From the NCBI GenBank assembly GCA_043228905.1, contig JBHGNT010000012.1, positions 1,922,001 through 1,986,000 of the forward strand: 64,000 bases of DNA, in the 5' to 3' direction. The DNA is from Azolla caroliniana (lineage: Eukaryota > Plantae > Polypodiophyta). Under the pieces are notes generated by a model that saw nothing but the letters and a program-made list of their open reading frames with translations, did not search any database and was not told the DNA's origin. Both the position numbers and the translations under genes were made by a program. Of the stretch, positions 34,850 through 47,564 are shown piece after piece; within the stretch, counting starts at the first letter, position 1; the number at the start of each line of letters is the position of its first letter.

Positions 34850-37800
34850 CGTAACATTGTTGAAATAATCGTTGGTTCAGCTTACCCTGATCATATGCCG
34901 GTTCAGATTACATTAGTCAACTAGAGGAGGCCAAAAAGAGACCGCAACCTAAGGATCAATAGTAAGCTTTTTGAATATGCGGAAGTGGAAAGAAAGATAA
35001 GGAGCATTTGGGCAAGTAAGCCAGCTGGTTGTGGTGCACTTGAGACACTTAGTGGGAAGATTATCGAAACTTCATTGTATTTGCATGTAGAGACTAAAAA
35101 TAGAATTGCAAGGTCTAAAGAAAGAGAAGTGGGATTAAGAAGATCGATAGCAGCTGCCCAAAGAATGCTTCAGAAAGATCCCACATGTCAATGGTCTAGA
35201 GCCGGTCTTGAGGCTGCTAGAGAAATGCTACAACGGTTGATTATGTCTAGAAACACGATGGTATTCAGGAGTTCCGCAGCATGGTGGAGCAAGAATGGGG
35301 ATAAGGTAAATCATCAATTTTTTAAGTATAAAAAGTCGAGATCAAACTGTAGTTACAATCCTAAGCTGATTAAGGAGGATGGATCAACATCGGAGGATGT
35401 ATCAGAGATCATGGAGGCAGTCACAACTCACTATCGTGGGTTACTCTCATACAGTTCTAATATCCCTGAACAACCTAATCTAACAGAATTTGTATTGGAG
35501 GGTATGCAACAAAGAATTTCAGAGGTTGCACAAGTTAATTTGTCAAGGTCACTCTTGGAAGAGGAGGTGTCTGATGCTTTGGCAGGTATATGTAGAACGT
35601 CTTGTCCAGGCATTGACAGACTATCAAGAGATTTGTTTGAAAAATTTTGGGATGTGATTAAGGTTGACTTGGTTGATGGTCTTAATGAGGCGTGGGTTGT
35701 TGGTTGCTTACCTGAGCACTTTAAAGAGGGGCTGATATTTCTAATTCCAAAGGTACAAGGTCTAATAGTTGATGCAAGGCAATGGAGACCGATTACGTTG
35801 GTCAACACAATATATAAGATTTTTGCCAATATTTTGGCCAAGAGGGTCAAACCCCACTTGAATGCACTAATTAATGTTGGACAAACTAGATTTATGGCAA
35901 ATAGATGCATTATTGATAATGTGTTGACCTTTTGGGAGGCGATTGCCTTGGCAAAGAAAACCAATCAACATATTGCATGTCTCATGCTTGACTTCGAGAA
36001 GGCGTATGACGGAGTACAATGGTCCTTTTTAGATAAAGTGATGGAGAGGTTGGGACTACCCTCCAAATGGAGATCGGCTGAGTTAGCCCTTTACGAAGGA
36101 AGTTTGAGTAGGGTGATGGTGTCAGGACATCGGGGCCCACCAATTCCATTATGCAAGTCTGTCAGGCAAGGGTGCCCGTTGGCCCCCTACCTTTATTTAT
36201 TTATTGCAGAGGCATTCTCTTTCTTTTTAAACAGACTAGATGCAAGAATAAGGGGATTAGTTGTCCCACATGCGGGCAAGGAGTTGTTGGACTCATCATA
36301 CGCAGATGACACTATGCTCTATCTCCAAGGCAATGATGATAATTTACAACTTGTTGAAAGACGGATTGCGTTGTTTTGTAGAGCGTCAGGAGGGAAAATC
36401 AATTGGAACAAAAGCAAAGGATTTTGGGTAAGTTCAAACCCATGGCCTCTTTGGTGCCCTAATGCTGATTTTCAATGGGTCCCCAATGGAATGGCTGTTA
36501 AATATTTGGGTTTTTTGGTGGGCGTTGAGACACTTAAAAACCAACAACTTGAGCAAGTGAAAGACAAAATCAGAAAAAAGCTTCGGGTATGGGCATCAGT
36601 AAAGCTTTCTCTTGCAGGTAGGGTGGTCGTGGTAAACCACATTTTGTTAGCCACCATGTGGCACTCGGTGGCATGTTGGGTGTTAGACAAAACTTGCATC
36701 AAAAATATTAAGGCAATGGTGAGAGGGTTCCTATGGTCGGGTAGAGACCATGAGAGGGCATCAGCTAAAGTGGCGTGGAGTTGTTTGATCAAGGCGAAAA
36801 ACCAAGGTGGACTTGGGTTGGTGGATCCAATTCACCAAAGTAAGGCTTTACTCGGTAAGCTACTTGTGCGAAGTTTACAACCTGAACCTAAACTATGGAA
36901 GATGCTTCTTAGGGACATAGCTAACCTTTGGTGTCCAAGGAATGGCGGCCCTTGGAAGGCAAAGATGTGGTGGTTGTTCAGTCCAGATCTAAAGGTGCAA
37001 GAACCAACTAACATGGAGGACAGGGTGGCCCGTGCCATAATGATGGCTTGGTCAAGTGTAAGAGAAGGGTTGGTCTTAATGCAACTGAAAACATTGGAGG
37101 AACAACTCCGACAACCGTTATTTTGGAACCCTAGGAAAAGAAGCGAGGACATCATGATGCTTGGACAGAAAAAATATTTGCCATGGGGCCGCATGTTAGG
37201 GTACAATGTTAGTTCAGTAAGAGAGTGGGATGTTTTCAAAATGAAGAGGAGTGAGGGTCGGTTTGGTAGCATTTCTTATAGGCTTGAGAAGGTGACCCAA
37301 CTGATAAATAAGGTTGTTGATGTTCTAGATCGGTTGAATAAGGAAGAGGGGGTTTGGTCTGAGTGGTTTGTAGGTGAGAGTGATGGCCAAATTATCCGTG
37401 GCAAGTGTCCATCTAATGAATATCGCTTGTGGGGAAACGTAAGTGCTTTGTCCAACAATGGTCGGTGGTTGGCAGTGCGGGTGGTAGTGTTGGAAGGTAA
37501 GAAGTGGCAAGTAAACCCGGACCACGGGAAGCTAGATACTGATTGTAAACTATGGCTATTTGACAACAAGCCTCTACATGATTTGGAGTGGGATCCACTA
37601 GAGGTATGGTGGCAGAAACCGGGAACAAACAAACTGGAGGGGTTTTTTTATTATAGTACTAAGCTTGGAAGGCAAATCCTTGGCTCAAAATCAGTGGGCA
37701 TTGTTCAGACTCGCAATAGTTGGAGGGATAAAGGCATATCAGATGACTTGTTGAAGTCGTTTTGGAGGAGACTATGGGCATCAGATATGCCAGAAAAAAT

Positions 37801-38587
37801 AAAGGTGTGGTTTTGGCTTCTTAGTCATAAGGCGTTACCCGTAGGGGAGTGGATGAGGTCTCATGGTAGGGAGGCTGGTTGTACGTTATGTGGTCACTCT
37901 TTGGAATTGATACCTCATTGTTTTTGGAACTGTGCCAAGGCAATCAGCATTTGGGGTCGAAGTCTCAGGATAGTGGCAGCATGCGGTGTAAATGGGAGAA
38001 TTGTGTGGGGGTCCTTACAGGGTTTGAAACTAACTAAGGAAGGCTGGGCGGAACATCTAAATCCACATGGTCATGGTCAAATGTGTTGGAGTGGAACCTG
38101 GTACAAACTCTGATTTTTTTGAGGAGATATGGATGTTGGTGGCATGCTTCTCGGTCTGGCACATTTGGACCAGACGATGTTTGTTTGTTTTTCAGCAACG
38201 AAAACTCCCAAGCGGCGAGGTGTTGCTAAACATTTGGTTCGAACTGGTATCTTGGCTACGCGGACAATACAACTCGATTGAAGGGAACTCAGATGTAGCA
38301 GAAAGGGCTCGGTCGAAGTTTTTGCTGAAATGGGGTCGTTCTCCTATGATGGTAAATTCAGCGTCAGGGCCTAAATGGAACTACCAAGCACCGAGATGGT
38401 TGTTTCCGCCATTGACTTCCATGAATGGACAGGAGTTGTAAATATGTGGTCACCATGTACAAAGTGTTAGCGGGATACTTTTGTTGTAAATAGTAGGGTG
38501 GGGATTATGTTGTTTTGATTATGGCTGATCTTTGATGTACTTCTTTTGCTAACTAATGGGAAGTAGTGTTTTTTTTGGAAAAAAAAA
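34850..38587 (+). mobile_element. L1 LINE, second family, 5'-truncated within the end of the endonuclease
   Basis: YPDHMPV at ~34885, long ORF2, and tail TAACTAATGGGAAGTAGTGTTTTTTTTGG followed by A9. Confidence 0.92.
34985..38441 (+). pseudogene. LINE ORF2 (reverse transcriptase plus zf-RVT), frameshifted at ~38077
   Basis: 1042-aa ORF with WRPITLVN, LDFEKAYD, VRQGCPLAPYLY, YADD, KYLG and CTLC..HCFWNC. A short deletion relative to the 18011-18505 copy (FIVQGGSVL) shifts the last ~120 aa into ORF 38067-38441. Confidence 0.88.
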
Positions 38588-40557
38588 GAGCATTTGCAAC
38601 ATCCTCTTATTCATATAACATTGCTTGACCTTTTACAACCAACCCCCATGTGTATATCACTCAAGGATATATTGTTATTAATAGTTCTAAGATTCTTTTC
38701 CATGTTTCCATCACAAAATCACAACTCCACAATCAATGCTTAGCATGCTCCACTAGATACATACAAAAGGAACACATGTTACCTGTATTCACCCCTTTTT
38801 CTCCACCCATTAATTGGTATAGCTCTATGAATGAACAACAATCTAAAATAGACAATTTTCCTAATCATTTTTATGCCCCGCAACTATTTGGAAATTGTTT
38901 AAGTAGTTGTGGAAAAAGTCCATTTCGTCTCTGAAAACCATTTGCATCCATCTCCTTCCATGACCTAGCACATAATAGTTTCTTACCAATCTTCGCGCAA
39001 TACTGAAAAAAAAGACACCTTTTTATTTTATTTTTGTGTGTGATTATAAATAGAGTCATAGCTGACTAGTCATGACAAAATGATGTTATCAATATTGCAT
39101 CTATAGTTAGTAACCCCTTGGGGTAGTCGTACTAATAGTGTGTTGAGTGATAAATGCTTGCAAATATCCTAATAGTTTGGGTGGTCGATAACCACCGTTA
39201 ACGACGTACATCACCAAAACCCAACATAGACAACACTACCATCGAGTGACTTGAAGTTCCTCTATAGGCATCTGCCTACACTATGAAAATTGAGGAAATT
39301 GTGACTAAAACAAGATATTACATGCTAAACTAGCATGTGCTTCTCTATTAATCAAATTATGACTCCCTTATATATTCATTATGCTACCTTGTTAAATTCG
39401 TAAATTCAAATATATATAAATGTGTTGTAGACCGAAGCTTGGGCCTTGCAAAAATATAGTTCTTGGCATATGTCTCAAACTATGAATTTCATGTGGCATC
39501 TACAATAGAAAATCTTTCAAGGACAATGAGCAACACCATTGTCCTCATCGAGATAAACTTGTTTCTTCTTTGTTATTTCTACGTGTGAACAGACTTGCTC
39601 TTTTCTTCACTTTGGCTTCTTTTCTTCTTGCTGCATTCCTATTAAAGGGTGGACAATTTGAAGTAAATTGTTACATCGCCTGGTTTAAATTGTTCCCTCA
39701 TGTCATGTGAGACAATGCTTCACAAAACGAGCATTTTAGGGATGAGTTCACTTGGGTGAGCAATTTGTTAACATAATGGAAAAATTTTGAACTGAATTAT
39801 TGTTAACATGATAGCAAATTGTTAACATGGTGGGTCTCATATGGGCCTTGAAAGGTCATGGTTTATCATGGAGAAGTAAAGGCATATTGCTAGAGCTTGC
39901 CAATCTAGTTCAAAAATTTGTCACCATGTCAACAAGCTAAATTCTAAAATGTAAGGAGGTTAGCTTGTTAACATGATGGCAGATCTTCTCACAACATTCC
40001 AATGAATATCTGTACTCTATTCCATGTTCAACCGTTGTCGTGAAGATTCCAGGTCATAGGGGGAAAAGTCGCCAAATGCGTGGGAACGGGGGTGTGCACA
40101 AGTGCACCCCCTTTTTGTACTAATTTATGTAAATACTAGGTGTTGGTAGGTTTTGTGGATTACTAGGAAGTTAGGCATTAATAGAGGATTTAATATCGCC
40201 ATAGGTGGGGGAGAACAAAGGGGAGATAGCGAGAGCACATCAAGAAGAGAATCTAGGAGGGGATATTGAGAGGTCATTAAACCTGATGTAACGGCTGCTC
40301 CTTGTGCTATAAAAGGGGCGGCCTCAGACTGTTTGAAGGATCGATGTTTTGAGGAGCAGAAGACGTTGCCGAACAGGAAGAAGTAGCTCGCTCTCTCATT
40401 CTCTTCCAAACCTCTACGACCAAACCTTGGAAGGAACCCTCAGCTCGCGTCAGACGCTCGCGTGCTCCCGACCAAAGGTCCCCTTTTTCGTGTGTTTGCT
40501 CTAGAGCTCAAAGCTCTGTTCCCGGCTCTGACCAATTGTATTCCCCGCACTTCACGG

Positions 40558-40783
40558 TGTCGTGAAGAAAACCGTCCACGAGCGGAATCCGTGCACCGGA
40601 GCGTAGAAGCCGACTCTTCATGCACGTGCGCCTTAAGTTGTACATAGGAGATCCTAGGTAGATTCGGTAGGTAGGGAGTAAAGGGGAAACGGCTCCTTCC
40701 TTGCCTATAAAAGGAGGGAGACGAGGAGGGTAGAGGGATCGCGGAGAGTCGAGGACGAAGTGCTGTCGGTTTGCGTGCGAAGG

Positions 40784-40829
<46 letters not shown>

Positions 40830-43800
40830 TTGCAAACGCCATAGCTTCCTGTTGTGCAGGTTTCGGGAGGCTCGCGCTGCTCTGAGGAATGCCCGAGTGC
40901 TTCCGGCAGCACCTCCAACCTACTCCTTCCTCTTTGTGCGTTTACGAGCAGGTATCAGCATCTGTTCGCCGGCCTGTTCGGTTGTAACCGACGTCGTGCT
41001 TTGTTGTCTTCGTGTTCTTGTTGTTTGTCTTTGTCAATACATACATACATTCGTGTCTTTCTGTGTCGTTGTCCCACTTGCGTCTTTGCGTCGAAGGGCC
41101 GTGTCCCTGTGGATCTACGCTCGCACGCAGAGGGATCCTTCCCCTCCTCTCTTGCTCTTTGGTACAGGACCCCCGAGGTTCCACCTCATTCCACGCATCC
41201 GCGAGGAATACCTCGACATCTTGGTGAACCCGACGTGAAGGAGGCGGCAGAAGAGCAGAAGATGAAAGGGTCGAATCTTGCAGAGGCCATGGCTTCGGCC
41301 GTGGATCGGATACTGAGCGCACGCGAGGGCTCCGGCGCCCTCGACAGAGCCATTGAGGCGGTCATCGGTACGATCGGCCGGTTCAGCGGAAAGGATGCCA
41401 CGAAGTATTTGGCGTCCTACTGGGCAGAAATGCTGATGCGGGACATTTCAGAAGAGAGGCGTCTTCCCGGGTTTCCTCGAGTGGCGATGCTGAGCATCCA
41501 TGCGGAGGTGCTCGAGGTGCGGGCGGAGAGCCGTACCTGGGAGGAGTTCGAAGGCCGACTCCTAGAAAAATACGGGTTGGACGACGCGCTCCGGCTTTCG
41601 AAAAGGGACTTCATGGAATGGGTGGAGTTCCCCGGCAAAGGAAGAAACACGACGGCACTCCTCCGGGAGTTAGAATAACGCTTTGCGCGCCTTTCGGCGC
41701 TTGACCGAACCGTTCTGGATACGAGCCGGGTCCTACTGTTCGTCAAGTCAGTGGACGAGCGGGACCGGGACCAAGTCGGCTCCTTGCTGGAAACCGAGGA
41801 CGGGCTGACAACCGACTGGGCTGCGGTTAAGAGAGTTTGTGGCCGTTTTGATAAACGGCGAGAATGGGCTGACAACGGCGCGGCCGGTGCGGGCTCTGTC
41901 ACAGCAAGGAGGCTTGAACCGGCACCGCAAGTGCGAAGGGAAGAGACCCGGGAATGGCTCGAAACCGGTCCGGCTTCGACCGGCATGGTCAATGGCTCGT
42001 CCGGAGGAGTAGCGCTGGAGGAGTTGACGCGGGCGATAAAGGATCTCCAGATCGCCCAAACTCGAAGGGAAGGTGGCGAACCGGCTCGTGACCGACGGCC
42101 GGCAGTAGGGAACAGGTGCATGTGGTGCGACGAGGTCGGCCACATCCGGAAGGACTGCGGCGATTTCGCAGAAGCGTTGAGGAACCGGGTGGTGTACCTG
42201 TGGGAAGGCCGGGTGCACGCCGGCGACACCAGGAGGGCCCTAAACCGAAACGACGGACGAGGAGGTATGAAGAGACTGATGGAAGAGGCAGCGGCCCGAC
42301 ACGTGGAGGCCATCCACTACTCGGCGTCGGCCGGCATTCGGGTCGGGGGCAGCGAGGCCCGAAAGGAGGGCAAAGACGGATTCTGGTCGACAATGCTGGA
42401 AGCTCTTGCCAGCGCACGGTTGAAGAAGGATGAAACGGACCGCGCTGAGAGACGGGTCCGGGAAATAACTGGGTGGAGCGATCCGGTCGAGGAGAAGACG
42501 GGCTTCGTAGAAGCCACCTGCTAGAACTACGAGGCTCTGGTAGAAGACAAACGAGTGGGGAAAGCCGGAGCGGTCGGGCCTTCGCAACGGTACGAGACCC
42601 GATTCGGGCAACGACGGAACGATGCCGGCAGGCCCAGCTCGCAAGATAACCCTAGGAAGGGCGGATACCGACTGGGGACGGAAATAGAAAGGACTACGGA
42701 CCTACGGAAGGTTCTAGAGGAACGGATCCTCGACAGCAAGGTGGAGTTGTCATTGCGGGAGGTGCTAGGGATCGCCAAGAAGGAGTTCCACGACTCCATT
42801 GTAGACTTGGTGAAACGGAAGAGGCTGTCGGCGGAGACGGATCCGGAAAGACCGGTAGAGGTGTGGACGACGCACATCGACGACTCGGCGCTGGCAGATG
42901 AGTGGGCGGAGAGCCACTATTCGAGGCCACACTGGGCCCGAGCGACCACGGAGACCCCGGTAAAGATAGGAGATGTTCGGGAACCGGTGGTGGCATTGGT
43001 GGACCACGGTTCGGAAATAAACCTAATGTCCATGGACTTCTATAAGAAGGGGAAGTGGCCGATCAACACCAAGCACGGGTGGACGCACGCCACCGAGGAA
43101 CTGCATGGGGCCTGCCCGAACGTGTGAGTCAAGATCGGCGACGTCGAGATTGACCAGCACTTCTTCGCACCCGGTCATATTAGGTGAACCATACATCACG
43201 GCGGCGCAAATGGAGACCAAGGTGCTAGACAACGGTTCGGCCTACGCAAGGGTCAAAAGCCAGGACGGGCGCCATTCGGTCCAATTTCTGACCGTTAGAC
43301 CGAACCACGAGCGGAACCGCGAATCCCTCGGTGGCGAGAACCGGGAGGATTTTTAGAGAGGGCTGCCAAGGCGTGGGGCCGAGACAGTCCGGACACTCGG
43401 GAAAGACCCCACAGCTGTACGATAGAACCGAAACCGAAGAAACCTTGTACGATAGGTAGAAAATTCTGCTTCTCCGGCAACGGAGGGTGCATGATAGTCG
43501 GCATCGTTGGGCGAGAAAAGACAAGGGCGGAAGTGCAACTTCGAGCGTGCGGAGTTCTCGGCCCGGACGAGGAAATCAGCGGAGCCGTGGAGGCGGTCTC
43601 CTTCGACGACACCTTGGGGATGCTGGGGAAGGTTGCCGGAGAAGACCTTAACGAAGACCGGACGATACCGGTATGTTCCGAAGAGATGTACGAAGTCATC
43701 GCGAACTTCAGTCGGGGGCTCGGGTCGAATCGGACGGCCCGAGTTAGCACAAAGTACAAGGCTGTGGACCGGAAGGTAAGGCCAGTCGCGGCACCCTTAC

Positions 43801-46800
43801 CGGAGGGCAGCGAGTCCCGGATCAGAGGGGTTACGTCGGACCCCAGTTTACGAGATCCGGCCTGCATAGGACACACCTTCACCGACGGGACGCTCCGGGA
43901 GCTCAAAATCGGTGGGGGCGGGTTCCTACTGCCGGCGGAGGAAGACCGGTTTCGGAGGATGCTCGGAAGGCACGGAAAAGCCTTCGCATTCTCACCGGAA
44001 GAGATCGGGTGCGTAGACCCGACGATCGTGGAGCCGATGGTGATATTCACGGTACCGCATGTGCCGTGGAATCTCAAGCCGATCCCGGTACCGAGAGCTC
44101 ACATCCCGAAGTTGATGGAGCTATTGAGGCAGAAAGTAGATATGGGCATTCTCGAACCGTTGAGTGCCCCATACTCGAACCGATGGTTTACCGTACCAAA
44201 GAAAAACGGAACGATGCGCTTCATTCAAGACCTGCAGCCGGTCAACAGAGTGACCATTCGGAACGCAGGAATAGGACCGACCATAGACGAGTTCGCGGAG
44301 GCCTTCGCCGGAAGGTCGATTTACTCGGTCGGTGATCTGTACTCGGGGTACGACCAGTTCCAGCTAGCCGTGGAGAGCAGAGATATTACGACGATGCGAA
44401 CTCCCCTCGGCCTAGTGCGAATGTGTACCCTGCCACAAGGAGGGACCAACTCGGTGGCCCACATGGTGAATGCAATGAACAAGGTACTGAGGGACTGCAT
44501 CCCGGACATCACCATGCCATTTCTAGATGACATCCCGATAAAAGGGTGCCCGGTGGAGGAGAAGGACGAGACAGTCGGGCCGGACGGATGCCGGCGATTT
44601 GTGGCGACACACATCGACGACTGCGAGAAGGTGCTACAGAGGCTAGAGGATGCGAGGCTCACCTTCTCCGGGGAGAAATCGGCCTTCGGGCAATCGGAAA
44701 TCTTGGTGGTCGGACACCTATGTGGACCATATGGCCGGAAGCCGTCTCCGGCAAAGGTAGAAGCCATCTCCGTGATGAAGACCGACTGTAGCTTGGTTAC
44801 GGAAGTTCGGAGGTTCCTGGGGGCATGCGCATTCTACCACATATGGATCCCGCATTACGCCCACGTTGCGGAGCCGCTATACGGGTTGCTGAAGAAAGGG
44901 CGAAAATTCGAGTGGCGAGACGAGCACACGGAGTCGGTCCGGAAGCTGAAGGAAGCTCTTGCGGCAGCACCGGCGCTCCAGAAGGCTGTCTACGGGAAGG
45001 GTACCCCGGTATACATAACAGTGGATACGAGTCCGACCGGGATCGGATGGGTCGTCAACCAAGAGGACAAGAACGGCATTCGGTTCCCGATCCGATTCGG
45101 CGCGAAGGTCCTCAGCGAACGACAGCGAGGGTACGCCTAGGTTAAACGTGAACTCTGGGGTATCGTTTCGGCAGTAAAGGCCGACAAAGATTACCTGATC
45201 GGGACGGAAGTGGTTATCGAGACGGATTGCCTACCGATTCTCGGCATGGTTTCCGGATGCGCGACCCCGGACCTGGCGATGCTCAGGTGGATAGCGTACA
45301 TCAAGCCCCTGGACCCGGAAATACGACACATTTCCGGAAAAGACAACGCCATGGCCGACATGCTTTCGAGGGTGAGGTTTGATGACGAGGGCGGCATGGT
45401 TTCGGAGGACGAAGAAGTCGGCGTGGACTTCTTCGAGGCGGCGTACGTGACGACCGACGGGGCGAGCACTCCGGCACTTAACGGCTTCGACGAGAGCAAG
45501 TACGACGGCGAGTGGCTATAGATCGGTGGATTTTTGAGGACAATGACGCCGAATGCGTCATGGACGAAGGACGAGGCCAACCGGATCCGGAAGAAAGCAT
45601 ATCGATTCTTTCTCCAGGACGGATACTTATGGAAGCACCCGAAGAAGAGGAACGGCGTCCCGCTCCGGGTGGTGGCGATGAAGGAAGAACAGGAAGAGCT
45701 GCTGACGGCCTACCACGACAGCCCTTGGGTTGGACACCGTGGAACGTGGGCCACGTTCGAGAAGATAAAGTGGAAGTACTGGTGGCTGGGACTGTACCGG
45801 GACGTGCATCGGTTCGTGACCACTTGCGAGAGCTGTCAGATGCACTCCATAGTCCGACATCGGGACGAGCTTCACCCTACGTACCCTCCGACCATCCACT
45901 TCAAATGGATGGTAGATCTGGTGACGATGCCGATGGGAGTCGGACAGATGCGGTATCTGGTCCTGGCTCGGGAAGATCTGACGAACCAAGTGGAAGGCCG
46001 AGCCCTTCAGAACAAAACGACCGCGGCTGTATGTCGGTTCCTGATCGAGGACGTGATATGCCGGTACGGGTGCGTCGGGAAGATCGTGGCCGATCGCGGG
46101 GAGCTGGACGCCGAAGAGGCCGAGGAACTGTTCGACCGGCTAGGAGTCAAGCTCTCGCTTACCACTGCGTACAATCCGGAGGCGAATGGAAAGGTGGAGC
46201 GCGGACACGGACCAATCGTCAAGGCGTTAGTTCGGGCATGCGGAGGTCAAGTCGGGAACTGGCCGCGACTGTTGCCTTACGCGTTGTGGGCGGACCAAAC
46301 TACGCACAGTTCGGTAACCGGATTCATGCCGGCAGAGCTGATGTTTGGGCAGAAGCCGATCATGTCGATGGAACACACGATCTCCTCTTGGGCAACCGTG
46401 GACTGGAGAGACGAGATGAGCCGGGAGGAACTGTTGACGGCGCGCATACGACAGCTCGAGCGAAGACCGGAGGACGTGGAGCGGGCCGCGGGAAAGCTTC
46501 GAGTTGCAAGGACGAGGAACAAAGCCCGGTTCGACCGAACGCACCGGCTCCGACCGAAGCGGATCGAGGAAGGCGATTGGGTGCTAGTCTACGACAGCAG
46601 CCTCGACAACCAGCACCGAGCGACACGGAAGTTCGCAAGAAGGTGGTTCGGGCCTTACGTGGTACAAAGCGCCAATGACAACGGGACGTACCATCTGGCG
46701 GAACTCGACGGCACAAGAATAGCGATACCGGTAGCTGGGAAGCGGATCAAAGCGTTCAAGAAGCGTCACGACAACGAGCCGGATCCGGTTAACCTGGATC

Positions 46801-47564
46801 GGGACGACGAACGATCCGGAACCGAGGAAGAACCGACAGGCAGGGAATGGAGGTTGGACCGGTTTTCTCCGTCCCAACACAATTTGGCGCATGCCGGTGG
46901 ATGCGCGGTTAGGTGGGGGCGGATGTCGTGAAGAAAACCGTCCACGAGCGAAATCCGTGCACCGGAGCGTAGAAGCCGACTCTTCATGCACGTGCGCCTT
47001 AAGTTGTACATAGGAGATCCTAGGTAGATTCGGTAGGTAGGGAGTAAAGGGGAAACGGCTCCTTCCTTGCCTATAAAAGGAGGGAGACGAGGAGGGTAGA
47101 GGGATCGCGGAGAGTCGAGGACGAAGTGCTGTCGGTTTGCGTGCGAAGGCTTCTCTCTCTCTCTCTCTCTCTGGTTTGCAAACGCCATAGCTTCCTGCTG
47201 TGCAGGTTTCGGGAGGCTCGCGCTGCTCTGAGGAATGCCCGAGTGCTTCCGGCAGCACCTCCAACCTACTCCTTCCTCTTTGTGCGTTTACGAGCAGGTA
47301 TCGGCATCTGTTTGCCGGCCTGTTCGGTTGTAACCGACGTCGTGCTTTGTTGTCTTCGTGTTCTTGTTGTTTGTCTTTGTCAATACATACATACATTCGT
47401 GTCTTTCTATGTCGTTGTCCCACTTGCGTCTTTGCGTCGAAGGGTCGTGTCCCTATGGATCTACGCTCGCACGCAGAGGGATCCTTCCCCTCCTCTCTTG
47501 CTCTTTGGTACAGGACCCCCGAGGTTCCACCTCATTCCACGCATCCGCGAGGAATACCTCGACA
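40558..47564 (+). mobile_element. Full-length GC-rich Ty3/gypsy non-chromovirus (Phygy-like), relatively young but carrying nonsense mutations
   Basis: LTRs 40558-41218 and 46924-47564 are nearly identical apart from (CT)n length. TSD ACGG. PPT at 46910-46923. Gag ~41262 with CMWCDEVGHIRKDC, PR LVDHGSEIN, RT FLDDIPIKG, RH VDTSPTGIG, IN H..GHRG..C..C and TTAYNPEANGKVER. Confidence 0.95.
41222..41239 (+). other. Primer-binding site complementary to plant cytosolic tRNA-Trp
   Basis: TGGTGAACCCGACGTGAA is the reverse complement of TTCACGTCGGGTTCACCA, the 3' end of tRNA-Trp as recalled. It starts 3 nt after the 5' LTR. Confidence 0.8.
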
